A stretch of 62,439 nt of DNA, the filler included, from Catajapyx aquilonaris (taxonomy: Eukaryota): NCBI GenBank assembly GCA_000934665.2. It is 4 parts of 4 records of this genome, joined end to end, with 100 filler letters (N's around TTAATTAATTAA, not from the genome) between each part and the next. Parts side by side here need not be neighbours in the genome. Positions count along the whole stretch, not along the records: positions 1 to 15,519 come from JYFJ02007487.1; 3 more parts are not named here. One strand, written 5' to 3'. A model generated the notes under the pieces. The model saw nothing but the letters and a program-made list of their open reading frames with translations. It was not told where the DNA came from and made no database searches. The translations under genes and the position numbers were made by a program. This document shows positions 1-13,775 of this stretch, piece after piece. Within the stretch, counting starts at the first letter, position 1. Each line of letters starts with the position of its first letter.

Positions 1-49
1 GTACAAGCCACAAGATTATTGAAACACGCTGAGATTACTTTGTAAAGTC

Positions 50-94
50 TTCCCCCTCCTGTTATGGGGTTTACCTAAAAGGAGGTTAATAAAC

Positions 95-149
<55 letters not shown>

Positions 150-153
150 ATAA
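50..153 (+). repeat. 3' tail of a retroposon (hairpin, AATAAA, then (ATT)n microsatellite)
   Basis: CCCCTCCTGTTATGGGG hairpin-like motif, AATAAA at ~88 and a long (ATT)n run, like the tails of the SINEs elsewhere in the window. Confidence 0.5.
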
Positions 154-283
154 TATTGCCTGTTTATGAAGTGAAAGATCTAAATATGCTCAACCATATT
201 CAAACATTCCAACAGAACCAGTTTTCAAATAATCTCAAAAAACAGACCATCGAAGAAACACAACTAGTAGCAGTGATTGTACG

Positions 284-447
284 TACTCTCTAAAAAAAGA
301 GTTTAAAAACTCAAGTTGACTTTTTTTTAAACACTTTCTAACCTTGAAAGAGGTCAATTACCAAATGAGTTATAATAACTCATTTTGGTAATTGACCACT
401 TTCGAAGTTAGAAAGAGTTAATTTAACTCTTCTTTTTTTACAGAGTA
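284..447. mobile_element. Palindromic MITE flanked by TA
   Basis: Termini TACTCTCTAAAAAAA / TTTTTTTACAGAGTA; internal palindrome GGTCAATTACCAAATGAGTTAT...ATAACTCATTTTGGTAATTGACC. Confidence 0.75.
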
Positions 448-859
448 GGCCCAGTAATGACAATTGTATGTTGATGTCAGTAGCATGTAATTAATATTTT
501 ATTGTTGAATGTGACTTGTCATTGTGACGTCAGTAGCAAAGTTCATATTCCGCTAGAAAAGCTTTTCTGAATGGTTAAAAAGGACATAAAATAATAAGCC
601 ATACTTTCTCTTCTAAATATTAATTTATTTATATGAGATGCTCTTGCCTTCAGAGGTGTCAGAAATGGTATGTCTCTTGAACCTAATTACAATGCCAGCA
701 AACATTACTAACATCATGAATGGAAATGCAAAATTATTTTAAAATTCTATACTTTAATTTCATTACCGGTATCACATCATTTACATTCTCGTACGCAGCA
801 TTTTTGGATTTGTACGGATCGAATTGGTATGCACATGGCAGCGCTGTTTTTCATCACGA

Positions 860-1130
860 GAACTTATAACACATGTGGTTTTAATAAATCCATGTTGTCA
901 CTGACTTCGAATGCAACTGGTTCCTCATAACATCTGCCTAATATATGCTCAATGCATCTTATTAATAACGATCTCCCCTGTGCATTAGGGCAAGAATAGT
1001 TTTCCAAACCAATAAGGACTGGATCTGAGTAACTGAGTATAACACGAATATCCGTTACACCTTTATTCCCCGGTCGTTAAAGATACAAGAAAAACCATCA
1101 TATAGCAGCAGACTCTGGATAAGGTTTACT
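860..1130 (-). pseudogene. Possible decayed DNA-transposase C-terminal fragment (Sola1-like)
   Basis: Minus-strand translation gives RPGNKGVTDIRVILSY, resembling the SIRPG..VTDIR.L.Y motif I recall from Sola1-type transposases; frameshifted and unconfirmed. Confidence 0.25.
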
Positions 1131-2518
1131 CAACTCTTGTTTACTGAAGAAAAATTGGCGAAACGGGCAGCGGGCAGTGAGAAAGTGTTTTTTTTTTTCC
1201 TAGAATTTTTCTCGGGTATATAAGAGAATACTCTATTTATAGAAGAAAACTGCGTATTTTTTTGTCTGACACAAGCGAAAGCCATGGCATTGTTAAGGTG
1301 TTGTTCTCCTTTATAACCTAATTATAATTGGCACGTTTTTGATGACCTTGGACCATTGTGATGGATTCACTTAGAGATTATGGTTCTCTCTATGGTTTCA
1401 TGGAAGAAGGCATTTTTTTTTTGCAATTCACTGGCACGTGTTTTCATTATTGGCAAGTTCTCTTCAACTTGTTTGTTGTCACATAATCATTTTTACTCTA
1501 TAAAACATTACTAGAATTATTTTTCCATAATCGAAAACACGACCTACAAACCGATTTGATAAATGGCTGATACGTATAGGACAAAATGTCATGTCAATTT
1601 TTGTTTACTTACATATCCATCATGTGAATGTGAGAATATGCTGTGGAGTATATTCTATACTGTCCAACCACCTGTTGAATCCGTCTAACTAGTAGGAAAT
1701 ATCCCTTCCAGGATCGTTGTCGGCTTCAATCGCAAGAAAAAGTGTTAAATAGTATTTGATAAAGTGAAACTCAGTTTTTGTTTACTTGGTTCCCCGGCCG
1801 AAAAATATGATATGGAAATCATTATTTTGCACACAATAAATACACAGCACATGTCCACAGAAATGGCCAATAGCATTTAAGAATGTTTATGATATTTTTC
1901 TGGCAATGTTAGAAGATACTCAAATTTTTGAGTTGCTAACTGTTCACGAAAAGTAATTGTTTCATAAAATATATTATTTTACAACCATGTTTACGCAGTG
2001 CAGCAACCCACACTCCGAAATGTCATCACTACCAATTTTAATGGACAACTTGCACCTAAGAAATGGTTTTCTCCTATCATTTCCATAAAAATTAAATAGA
2101 AAATTTAAAACGCTCTTAATTCATTCTGTGACCATTTGACATTTGAAATATGCAAATGTTCATATTCAAATATCTCGCATGCCAGATTTTCTCACTTGAG
2201 AATCTAGTTTTCAACAACTGCTGCGCTACCTGTATATATTTTTACATCTAAAATAATTGGGTACCACCTCACTAAAAATTCTCGCCATCCGCACTGATCC
2301 TTTCCTAACATTCAGCACGTGTATATAACGATGAAAATAACAGTCAATTTATTCCGCAATGGAACCAGAGCAGTTTATTCGTTTCAGAACTTTCCAAGTA
2401 GAAATCACCTTACGTCAGAGAGGAAATGCGCATCACCTTTTCCTCACCACCCACATGCACATATCGGCATATTCGCTAGGAGTGAATTGTTGGTCATAGG
2501 GGAGGGGGGGGGGGTGCT

Positions 2519-2599
2519 GCTGCACGTGTCAAAGTGGTTTATAGTCTAGTCCATACCACCTGAGAGATTCAGAATTCAATATCAGGGTAGGACAAAAGG
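2519..2599 (+). repeat. Direct-repeat copy of the degenerate SINE head at 6197-6281
   Basis: GCTGCACGTGTCAAAGTGG...GGACAAAAGG is identical to 6197-6281 except for a 4-nt indel. Confidence 0.85.
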
Positions 2600-2886
2600 A
2601 TTCTGATGCATGCATGAAGTGTTGTGCGCGTTGGCAAAGGTTGCCTCCGGATTTTCGCGTTTAATCTCGCCATCTTTTTATTTTTATGCATATAGCACCT
2701 TGTGATGGACCTTGAGGATTCCTCAGGGTCAGTTTAGTGCCGCTTAAAATTCAATTTCATCACAGAAATGAAGTCAAAATAATGAAGTCTGTAAAAGTTT
2801 CCAAAAATTTCTAAGCTATAGAGCGGGGAAGTTCTCATCAGTAAATTAAATTCAACCGGATTTCATGTGTTATTAATTGTTGGATG

Positions 2887-3223
2887 TAGGGAGACGGAGT
2901 GGCGCCGCGGTAACGCGTGCGCCCACGGAAGTTAAGGTCCCGGGTTCAATCCCCACCCGGGGTTCCCACCTTCTTTCGTGCAGAGTGAGACCGTCTCTGG
3001 CTTCGTTTCGGGTGGCGATCCTTTCACATATGCCACCCGGGGGAGTTCACAAAACGGCACATCAACGACATTGCACACGCACTTTGCACATCCCCTCCTA
3101 CCTACCCTTGGAACACACTAAATACTATCTTAGTATACCGGTTCCACCCAAATGGTGGTATTTCCACCCCCCTAAAGGAAATGTAACTCCCAATGGGGTA
3201 ATGCAAAAAAATAATAATAATAA
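2887..3223 (+). mobile_element. tRNA-derived SINE
   Basis: A box GTGGCGCCGCGG, B box GGTTCAATCCC, (AAT)n tail, 13-bp TSD TAATTGTTGGATG (2874-2886 and 3224-3236). Confidence 0.9.
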
Positions 3224-3233
3224 TAATTGTTGG

Positions 3234-3248
3234 ATGATGATGATGATG

Positions 3249-3320
<72 letters not shown>
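3234..3320. repeat. (ATG)n(ATT)n microsatellite
   Basis: Direct read; explains the poly-M/poly-I tail of ORF 2877..3341. Confidence 0.95.
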
Positions 3321-3321
<1 letters not shown>

Positions 3322-4748
3322 GTTATCGTCGTCGTCGATGAGCGACGTCCAGTAAGGTTATGTAACGTGGGGTATGACGTATATACCGACGTATAAATTC
3401 CGGTTCAGAGAATATATTTGAATGTACCGGTATACCTGATCTTGAAATATCTCAAAGGTAGCGGAAAAATAATTGTGAAGGATTTATCAGCTCCTGCAAA
3501 ATTCCCAATATAGCGTACTGGAGGTGTCACAGAACAACCCGTGCATAAAGGACGAAAGACGAAAAATGCGTCGAAATGACATGCCTGAAGAGAACTGATG
3601 GGCTGTGATTGGTCATGCAGCAGACGTTCCACTAAATACTCGGCAGCACGTGGCTTATTATTGCCAATGCCTATTTATAAGTCGCTTCATTCCGAAACAG
3701 AATAAGAAGAATTCGCTTGTTCTTTCACCAGAAAAAATCGTTCCGGAAAACCGGTAGGGGTATGTACCAGCATGGTCGTCATCCTCGTTATGGTCGTTCT
3801 TTAGTTATCACTAATATCATTTTAATTAGTTGTTTTTGTGTATCTTGTTGGGTGAAAAGAGCAGCCAAAAAATAATAGCTTCGAGCTCTATAACTAAAGC
3901 TACCCGGGCATATTATATAGGAATACCCAGTGTACAGTACACGTGTCTGCACATCCTCACAACCCTATTTACAGCAAGCAAACGGGACGCATGCCTGGAA
4001 ATTGGACAGGTGATGTAACATGGACCACTCTACCTAGAAAATATTCGATTTATTCTCGTCTTTGCACTTCTCCCAGCCAATTGACACACTCATAGAGGCC
4101 TCTTTGAAGGTCCCCTCAGTAAGCCCTATTGGCTGAAAGATCACCTTTGAGTTGTGCAATATCCATTCTCCTGTGGCAAGTGCTTTCTATCATGGAGGGA
4201 AAACCAACTCGTGCATCAATTCTGCTCTATAACTAGGCACTTCCGGTGACCTATAACTCGTCCTATAGGTGCGGATTATTATCAGGAGCATTTTGCGCAG
4301 AAACTTGAGCTCTGACAAAAACCCATCGGCAAATTGGCCATGACACGTATTGGTATAGCATTCAAAAGATGTTATCAATAACGCCTACAGAGTCCTCTCA
4401 GAAGCATATAAAACAGCTGCGGATTTATCTTATATCAAAAGTTTTTTCCCCCAGGTTTTATGGATTTGCCCAGTATTAATTTCGAAATAAATATGAATGA
4501 CATTTCTATGTAAATGTCGCAGGAAAAATCAGACTTCAACTGTGTGTACTACGTACAGTTTCCCTGCCAGGTTTGTTTTTCAATGACATGGACACATTGG
4601 ACAGGTGACCCGAGATGGATTGCTCTAATATTATTACTTTTGGGAATATATAACGCCCACAACTGAAACTGTAGCATTTGTGCGATTCTTTTCGCAAATC
4701 ACTGCCATGCCATTTTGCCATTATCACAGGAAGTCCCTTTTAATATGA

Positions 4749-5077
4749 CAGGGTGTTTCAACTTTTTTGTCCGAACAGTTATCGGAAAATTGCACGTAGT
4801 TGCTACTTTGTAAGCAGTGACTTGCAACCAGTGATTTGTTGGAGGAGTGGGAATGGGGAAAAAGAGGGTCACACATCCCATGGCATGTGTGACCCTCTTT
4901 TTTCCAGGCTTGACCCTCAATTTTCAGCGGGCAGCACGTATGCCACTTCAATCTACGATTCGCAGGGAATATTCCCCGTTCCTCCGAAAAATCACCGTTT
5001 GCAAGTCACTGCTTACAAAGTAGCAGCTACGTGCAATTTTCCGATAACTGTTCGGACAAAAAAGTTGAAACACCCTG
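4749..5077. mobile_element. Tc1/mariner-type MITE
   Basis: ~80-bp TIRs CAGGGTGTTTCAACTTTTTTGTCCG / CGGACAAAAAAGTTGAAACACCCTG, TA on the right flank, central hairpin GAGGGTCACACAT..ATGTGTGACCCTC. Confidence 0.88.
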
Positions 5078-6189
5078 TATAGGCCTACGTCCGCCATATT
5101 GAATCCGACATTGCCTCACCTTTTCAGTAAGCCTCAGTTCTTACCAAAAAGAAAAACCGAATTATCTTTGATAATTAATAGAACTAATTAAAACATTGCC
5201 TTTCATTGCTCATCAAATAGTACATTAACATGTCACATATTTAAAATTTGCATGAATGGATCTATTTTGACGTAATGTTGTACCTTCGTTTCAGGTGTGA
5301 AATTTCTGCAAACCGGCTCGGCACCAAATGGCAACATGACAATACTTTCGTGGAATTTTCTTTTACCCTCCAAAAAGTTGGAAAAATATAGGTTTTGGCC
5401 AGTATTTTGCAATTATTGACCAGTGTGCGACTGCTGCCATCCCTCACAGTTTCTGTGCTCTGAACAATGTATTTTATTGTAGGCCTATTATTTGGTCTAA
5501 ATTTTAATTTTTGTTTTATTTTTAAATGTCTAAATGCTGCAAGATGGATGATTTTAGGGTTAGGCTATCATTAATAAACATTAAGGAAAACTGTGTACTA
5601 CGAATATTATGATATATTGTACAAATGTTCTCTTGTGTTCATACCGCTAGTTTGATATCCAGAAGTCTTTCATATAGGGCTAATCTAATTCCACGTATTT
5701 GAACCAATCAATATATATTTTTTTGAAAATAATCAAGTTTTTGTAAGATGGTACTGATTTCTGCAGAAACATGCTATTTATATATATGAAATATTCATAA
5801 AAAGCCTATTACTTTCCAGTATCTTCTCTTTTCAGAGCAGGATTACATTTTTTCACGTACACATGCCAACAAGCCGATTAATATGTCCGATGTCAAAGCC
5901 TGTCGTTGGAAGTTCTATTGAAAATAAAAAAAACCCACATGAAGTCCACGCTATTTTTAAAAAAAAAACGGGAGACCGAGAAAAGACGCCTTTCTCCAGC
6001 ATGCCAACAGATTATTTTCTCTCTCCGTATAGTAGGCAATACCAAGGGCAAATTTTTTGGAGCTCAAGGTCACACGAGCTTAGGTGAAAGTGGGAGATTT
6101 GAATGGGTGTGTATTTGATGAAATTGGTTGCACTTTTTTCCAAAAAAAAAATCATGAATTAGTAATTTCTAATGATATTTCAAACATTT

Positions 6190-6420
6190 CGGGGGGGCTG
6201 CACGTGTCAAAGTGGTTTATAGTCTAGTCCATACCACGCACCTGAGAGATTCAGAATTCAATATCAGGGTAGGACAAAAGGGAACAACAGGTCTGCTCTC
6301 GCCACCATTCAGACTTTAAAAATTAGCTGCAAAGAAATCATGGAGGATGCTAGGCCGATGTTATCCCCTACTCTCAAGCCAAATTATGTGTGCACTAAAA
6401 ATTCACCAACAAAAACAAAT
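6190..6420 (+). mobile_element. Degenerate tRNA-derived SINE
   Basis: Decayed A box GTGTCAAAGTGG and B box GAATTCAATATC, followed by a SINE-like body; 3' end uncertain. Confidence 0.45.
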
Positions 6421-7184
6421 CACAAAATTTTTCAAGTATTCCAACAAAATCATTTAAAAATAAAACATATCCTACAAATTATAAGTTCAAGAGTATAATT
6501 TCAACAATTATAATGTGGTGATCACTTTAATAGCCAACCCCATATCTGGCTGTAGATTTGTGAGGGGATGGACAAAATGTGCGCCATAACTCGTTTCATT
6601 TTGTGAGAGTACCTGTAACCACACATAATATTATGTGCGCCACGCTGTAGGTTCTCGGTGCTGTGCCCCAAGTGACGCAGTGTATACATGTCACTGATAA
6701 TATTTTCTATCAATGATTCAATTAATAGGAGGTTTGTTATGGATCAATCTTTCGTCGGGTGAGCTGCACAAAATAATAATCGGAACTGTAGGATGATAAT
6801 GGCATGGCAACGGATTCTGAAAATAACTCAACACCTTAGAAACGCTATGTCATCGAATATTAGCTGGGTATGAGTTACAGTGTTACACAGTAAGTTATGA
6901 GCCACTAACTTATCGCCTAAACAATATTATAATGCAACAGATATATCGCGCAAAGCAACAATGACTCTCACACTGGAAATGAATACTTCTGCTTCACACC
7001 GTGTGTTTCATAAGTTGCCGTAGTTCACATCCGCCGTACCTGACCGTCAACATACTGTCAGGATCGAGTGGAAATGTGAGATTTGTCACCTATGGATATG
7101 AGCTAAATTCCGAAACACGCGGTATAGACCTGTATGGAGGCAGCATGTGAGACATTAATAACTGGGTATAAAGTGCTCATGCAC

Positions 7185-7277
7185 TTTTTAAAGATGGGTT
7201 CAAGTCATTCCCACTATTGATATTCATGCATGGCATGAATATCAATAGTGGGAATGATTTGAACCAATCTTTAAAAA
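7185..7277. repeat. Near-perfect palindrome (MITE remnant)
   Basis: TTTAAAGATGGGTTCAAGTCATTCCCACTATTGATATTCATGC / GCATGAATATCAATAGTGGGAATGATTTGAACCAATCTTTAAA. Confidence 0.85.
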
Positions 7278-8228
7278 CCCATTAGCTATAGAGGTCAATA
7301 ATTATAAATGGCAGGTTTATTACTAGCCCAAATCCAGTTCAGAAAAATTCCACTTTTATTTTAATTCATATTAATGGATCCGTAATCATTCCTAATAATT
7401 GAGATAGCTATCAATAGCCCTATTAACTGCTGGTATGCATTTGCCTTTGTATTGGTACGGTCTCTAATACGAATTTCAGTCGCGCAGTCAAAATTGATGT
7501 ATACGCTAGTGCGTATTTTGGTCTAGAATAGATATTGTCCTATACCAGAAGCAACTCCGAGAGTGACTGACCGAATGCTCTTTCCTACTCACAAATGGCA
7601 GAACTGATAGGCATAGATTGCCCTGATCTACCTATCAATATGCAATGTAACCACATTCATGAATGCATTATCACTAATTGTAATCGGACCGATCCGTCAT
7701 TCCCCCCTCTGCCGCTCCACTACCCTTCAGGGTGTAGGGTAATATTGCATAACTGTATAGGAAGTCTTCATTTAATGAAAGGTTATGTTCCCGGAAATTG
7801 TTACATAAGTTGCGAAAGTTCCTATCGCAAAACACGTTTTCATTCAAAATCCACTACAGTCATCAAAGTACATGTAAATATATACCTAAACCTGTTCAAG
7901 GTCGAAGTACCCCGGAATTGCTGGCTTTACGGCCGCTGAATCTGAAATCTGCCAACTAGCGCGATTATTCTGGTTAGTAAATGGGCCATTCCGGCTCAAC
8001 TGAGCCAAAGTGTTGCTCGACCATCTCCGATTTTGCTGAAAAAAATTCTGGTTGTACACACCTAAGACCTCATCAGAAATAACAAATTTCAGCCATATTG
8101 CGGAACACTGGCGGGAGGGGATCGCTCCCAAAATTTGGGCCAGGCGGGAAATCAGCCCTTTTTCGGCGAATTATTTCGGTGTATGGGAGTCGCCGGTCCA
8201 AATCCATCAAACATAATTATATACAGTA

Positions 8229-8502
8229 CCGAAGCAGGTTGGTGTAGGGGATAAGGAGCCCGCCTGCTAATCGGGAGGTCCTGGGTTCGAATCCCGGGGC
8301 TGGCGACCCTGACCATGGTTTTCTGTGGTTTTCCATGGTCCCCCCCAGGACAGTTCCGGGGTCGTTTCCGTAAAAATAGGCCACAGCCGCTTCCTTCCTT
8401 CCCTACCCTTGGTCCCATCCAATGGTGGTCATCCACCCCCCTAAGGGAGCCAAAGGCTCTAGCACGGGGTATGAAATAATAATAATAATAATAATTATTA
8501 TT
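8229..8502 (+). mobile_element. tRNA-derived SINE
   Basis: A box TGGTGTAGGGG, B box GGTTCGAATCCC, GGTTTTCTGTGGTTTTCC core, (AAT)n tail, 13-bp TSD ATTATATACAGTA (8216-8228 and 8503-8515). Confidence 0.9.
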
Positions 8503-9031
8503 ATTATATACAGTATAAGGAGAAAGAGGAAGATGAGGAGAATGCAACTACAGAAGTGGTTTCACTCACAAATGCAACCAGAAAGAAACGTGCCTGGCTT
8601 TACATAGGTCGAATTTCCAAGAATTTGGACCTCCAAAAATTAGTCATGTAATTGAGATACATATTTAATATTTGGTGACAACAAAATAGACTTATACATG
8701 TTGCAATGTATCCATTTTTAAGCTTGAGCCATGCGTAGTTCGTGAGAAAAATAAATAAAGAAGCTTTAAGTTTTTCAGTGGTCAATTTCGCACTCTTTGA
8801 CCCCGGTGTTCGCTCTGTGTCACTTGTAAAATGTGACCGACGTATATATTATCGGAAACCTCGTCTCATGAGCCCCGGAATTATATGTGTCCCATTACCC
8901 ACATTCAAGGAACAACGGCGCGGCGATTTTTTGAAAAAGAGGTTGAACGGCGCGTTGAATTTGCATTGTAAGCCACGCCCACGCGGCGGATTCCCCTGAC
9001 CGGTCAAATAATATGGCTCCAAAATAATGCG

Positions 9032-9636
9032 CACATTGTTGTCTTATGCAAGAAGGCATTTTCAAGCCATTCTACTTCGGCCACTGCCTGTGTCCCTCCC
9101 CCTGAATGACAGTGAACATGTGAATTCTTCGAGGCCGTTGTCCACTATGTGCAGTGGCTTAACGCATATCATCTGTTGACCAGCACAGAGTTTAAAATGG
9201 TTGGCTCAGCTAAAGACAAAATTGTCAAATCATGCGAGCGTGATTAGAGTAGACTTTTTCATGTTTATTGCTATTGTCCCCAATGTCTGTCATGGTACTG
9301 GGACTGAAACTGAAACCACCCATAACCCATTTTCAGCCAAAAGTGAACTTACCATTTCCCCCCCCCCCCTCCCTCCTCCTACTCCCAGACCGCTTTTAGA
9401 CCTTTTTCATCCATCGAAAAAAGTCTTATAGCACGGCTCTGTCCGTCTGTCCGTCTGTCTGTGGACAGGTATCAGGTATCATGGGGAAGGAGGAGGTCAG
9501 GGGGAAAGGGTGATCATGGGGAGGAGGCAGTGGGAGGTCAGGGGGAATGGGCGGTCAGGGGTAGGGGGCAGCCAGGGGGAAGGGGCGGATAGAGTGAACC
9601 CCGAACCCGAAAATCGAAAAAAGTCTTATAGGACGG

Positions 9637-9680
<44 letters not shown>

Positions 9681-10121
9681 GATACCTGTACACAGACATA
9701 CAGACAGACAGACAGACAAACAGCCAGACAGACAGACAGAGCCGTTCTATAATACTTTTTCTCGAAAAAGTCTAAAAGGTGTAATATTATGTTTTCATTG
9801 ATAATGAATTGTGCAACAATTCATATTGAAACACAATTTTATATACTCAAACTTTTTTTCAACCAGTTGCACCAATCAGAGGTTGAAATAGATACTTTGC
9901 AGGTTGCAGCCAATGACTTTGAAAAACAACCAATGCACTTGCTTACTAATTTGACATTCTACAGTAGTGGGCCGAAATGATTTCCAGCCACTGCACAACG
10001 GCCTCGAAGAATTCACAACGTATATTATTTTATGTTCACTGTCATTCAGGGGGGGGGGAATTGAGGCAGTGACCGCAGTAGAATGGCTTGAGACTGCCTT
10101 CTTGCATAAGACAACAATGTG
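9032..10121. mobile_element. Non-autonomous DNA element with ~130-bp inverted termini
   Basis: CACATTGTTGTCTTATGCAAGAAGGCA... at 9032 is the reverse complement of ...TGCCTTCTTGCATAAGACAACAATGTG ending at 10121. Confidence 0.8.
9394..9778. mobile_element. DINE-1/Helentron-like heads with (CTGT)n microsatellite, nested in the element above
   Basis: TTTTAGAC..TTTTC..GAAAAAAGTCTTATAG followed by (CTGT/CCGT)n at 9394, a second partial head at ~9616, and an inverted head ending at 9778. Confidence 0.6.
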
Positions 10122-10394
10122 AGGATTACTGATCTATTACTAAGCATGTGTCTAAAGGTAACATCACGCAGTACCCCCTCCCACCCTGACCTTGTGAAGA
10201 CATACCTCTAAGGTCATAACATCTGACCCCACAGGGCCACTCAGGGTCGTGGTTCAAGAATGCAGACAATGTTGATTCCAAGGGCGAGATCAGTGACAGT
10301 TGCAAAAATCATCCCCCTCCAGTGTTCTCTGACTTCCTGTGCGTGGGAAAGGTATTTGAATAATCAAAAACATAATATTTTCCCTCCGAGGCCG

Positions 10395-10541
10395 GGCCAA
10401 AAAATGGTATGTTATAACCGAGGTGAGGTGAAAATGAGTCTGATATATCAGGAGTAAATATACACAGGGCATTTGGAAGCTTACCGGGACAAGCCTTTCG
10501 AGTCCGTTATAACCGAGGTTGTTATATCCGGAGTCAGCTCT
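10395..10541. mobile_element. Fragment of the same DNA-element family as 29125-29384 and 30553-30812
   Basis: GTTATAACCGAGGTGAGGTGAAAATGAGTC..GGAGTAAATATACACAGGGC matches ~30624-30685. Confidence 0.65.
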
Positions 10542-10965
10542 ACTTGGTGCTTGTGATGGTCACTCAACAGCAGCTGCGCAACTGTACCGTACCAGCAGCG
10601 ATATTCCGATGGACAGGTTATTATTCGAATAAACCAGCACCTATACGTGAAACTGGAACTTATAACCTTTCTGGAGGTGGAAGGATGATGGCCAGGTATT
10701 CTCAGACTCTTTTCTGAGAAGACATCCCGCTGTTGGCATGGATACGAATATAAATAGTACGCAGATAATTATATTGGTCTGCGACGTATGGTAGGTCAGT
10801 AAGCGTGGGATAAAGTAGCGGCCATTCGTCTTTTTCCAAGAAATCAGCTGCAATAAATGTCAGCTGTAAGAAAATACGCCCTTTTTAAATAGAAAACTAA
10901 AGGAAAAATATTACCACTTTTATATCCAAACCAATAAGAACGCTCTACAGAAAATCGTCAAAACT

Positions 10966-11170
10966 TGTGACGACCCCGGGTCCGCCCCGGGTCCAACCCT
11001 GGGCTAGCTCTACCAAGAAAACACCTGGGTTCCATGGACACTGGTTTATTGGACCTACCCAGGTCACCACCTTAGTACAGACTCTTCCAGACTCTCTCGA
11101 CTCTGGTTACCAACTGACTCTCCCCTGGCCAAAGCCAGGGAAGCAGTGCGCATGCCCCGCCCACATCACA
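10966..11170 (-). mobile_element. Possible solo LTR
   Basis: TGTGACG...CATCACA inverted termini and AATAAA on the minus strand; no TSD seen. Confidence 0.35.
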
Positions 11171-11248
11171 TGACCGGAAAGGGACGGGTCAAAGCTACTG
11201 AAGAGAGATATCACCTATTGCGCAACACCGAGTAAAACTACAACAGAT

Positions 11249-11480
11249 GCCGTCAATTGGGGTGAGATTGTGCCAGGTGGGGCGAGATTGTGCCGGCGCA
11301 TTTTTGGACAGTGTGCTCTAGTGGCAGCAAGCGAATTTAGGCATATTTTACTACATTGAGGGATGGTCAATGTTGGTAATGACGAGTAAAATTCGCGGTA
11401 GAGCGCACTGTTGTGCAAAAAAAAATGTGCGCTGGCACAATCTCACCCCACCTAGTACAATCTCACCCCAATTGACGCTA
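11249..11480. mobile_element. MITE (pogo/Tc1-like)
   Basis: CGTCAATTGGGGTGAGATTGT / ACAATCTCACCCCAATTGACG TIRs with a duplicated subterminal motif. Confidence 0.8.
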
Positions 11481-12820
11481 GTGTTGAAGATGAACTATAA
11501 TATTATCATCAGTACAGTACCGGTACCCATAAGGATCTTTTGCAAGATATGTCCCGACTTTTTTGACGGATATATAGAGAACTAAGGTCAGTAGCCTGAC
11601 CCGTAGAAAATTCAGAAGTGAGTGATCCATCTATAATTCACATAGGATTTACAACCAATTCTGGGTCATGCAGCCCACCCTCAGACAACTTTCTAATTTT
11701 TGCCGTCTCTCAACGGGATTCAAATGAACTCGGGTAACCCTCAGGAAAAGAGATCTGCTCTGAAAAATCAGGAAGTAAGTTCCCGGATGAAAGAAGGGTG
11801 TGAGCCATGTAATCTGACCAGTGATTCCTCTCCATCCTTGCAACCCTTCCTGCCTTCATTTCCTGGTAAATTAGTTTGGGGGGCCCTAACTGGTCGTATT
11901 TCCGACATCATCCCATTCTGAGGTTTATTTACAGAAGGAATTCATAACCAAAGGGTACATGACACCCAGAAAGAATTAACGTCGCACTTTGATTGGCACT
12001 AATGAGACCTCAGCCTTTACGTAAGTGTATCTCTATATATCCTAAACTGGATCTAAATCCGTCGAAAAGACGACGATCCACAAGAAAAAAAACTTCTGTC
12101 ACCACTACCCACATCCTTTTCCACCTGAGCTTATTACAACACTTGAGTCCGCTTTTCAAGGGTAAGTTTTCTTGTTTTTGATACTGATATCCCTGTTGAG
12201 CATCCTTGCTCCTCTTATGCTTTGCCTTAGAAGAAAAAAGACACGGGAGCGCACTTCCGGAGTAACCTGACCCTCAACGGAAAGTCTTACCTGGGATATT
12301 ACACCTTACGTAACTGGGAATGATGGGCCGCACAAGCAGTTGGGGTGAAGTGGCAAACAAAAAACTCTGGACAAAAAAAAAAGAGAGTTTGAATTGACGA
12401 ATCTAGTGGATTTTTCCAGTAAGGTTAGAATTTTGATCTTTCACCTGAGAGACCTTGACCCAGGGGAGTCTCGTTCTACCTGAGGCGCAATATACGCAGC
12501 AAAATTACAGCTAGGTATTGTGTTGTTAGCTGAAGCCCACCAAAACTCCAGTATTTATAAAACTTCTAGCCCATTAGACGGTGATATTTAGAAACAAGTT
12601 CTGATACCTATAACTGTATAGGGGCAATTTGTTGTAATTGATTGTGATCAGATCTATCTGCCGAGAAGTCTTAATACGATATAGAGGAAAATATACGGCT
12701 GCTTATTGGTTATTTGATCTTTTCCGCATGACATGTGGATACCTGTACAACAACAACAACAAGAAGAATAACTATCTAGGCCTACGCCATAGAAAAATGT
12801 GAGCGAAGCGAGGGTTTTTC

Positions 12821-12897
<77 letters not shown>
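12821..12897. repeat. (TAA)n microsatellite
   Basis: Direct read. Confidence 0.95.
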
Positions 12898-13775
12898 TGT
12901 GGATATCATCAGTCACTCCTAACCAATATTTTTATATTGCAACTACATGTTATTAATATTTGCCATACAACCACATTTTGCTGCCCACTGGGTGCGGTCT
13001 GGCTTATTTTTGTCGTGGTATCTGACCTGTCCATCATTGTCGAAACAATGGCTTGTACTTCATGACTGCCGGGTGGGTGTCCCGAGGCACTATTTTTGGA
13101 ATCCCCCCCCTCATTACCAAGTGACCTTTGTCTTCTTTTGCACTAGGCTTAGCCCAAGTGTACGGTATAATTACGTATTTGTGCTACTTGGCGTTTTTAT
13201 TAATCCTGTCACCTGCCTTTTAATATTTGTGAGAAGATATATTAATTTCTCAACGTCCATAACATATTTTTGCGCATAAATATCTCCAGGTAGCCTTATT
13301 ACGTTGATACACTTCGATTCAGATAATAGTCGTAAATGTCCGGTGTTATTCAATTCATCGAATGTTCTACACGAGTACGATTAGTTTGCACTCCATCGGT
13401 GCAATCGCTAAATAATTCGCAGTAATTGGTCGCATTAGATGTCACTTTTAGCATTTAAAGGTTAAGGTTTTTAATTAATTTAATTGAGGAAGTAGGCGGA
13501 GTGGCAACCGGTTCTAGAACTCTCCCTTGGGATGGTATAGCTACTACTCGACCCTATATATACAGTATTGCAAACCGTATTGATTAAACCGAATGGAGCT
13601 CCCTTACTGAACTTCTTTTGTCTCATACAAATATCAACTGCGAATTTTCGAATTTTCTGATGGAATTATTTTTTAATACAAAAGTGGTTGATGACATATA
13701 TAACTATGCAAGACAGCAAACATTTCTTCCGACTGGGAGTGACCAATAATTCCTGTATTATATGGTCATCACTCC

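Noticed and set aside
2887..8310. True tRNA genes at 2887 and 8229
   Set aside because: No proper acceptor stem; each is followed by a SINE body, repeat tail and TSD.
12799..13065. Poly-Ile ORFs (also 2877..3341 and 8422..8607)
   Set aside because: Translations of (ATT)n/(ATA)n microsatellites.
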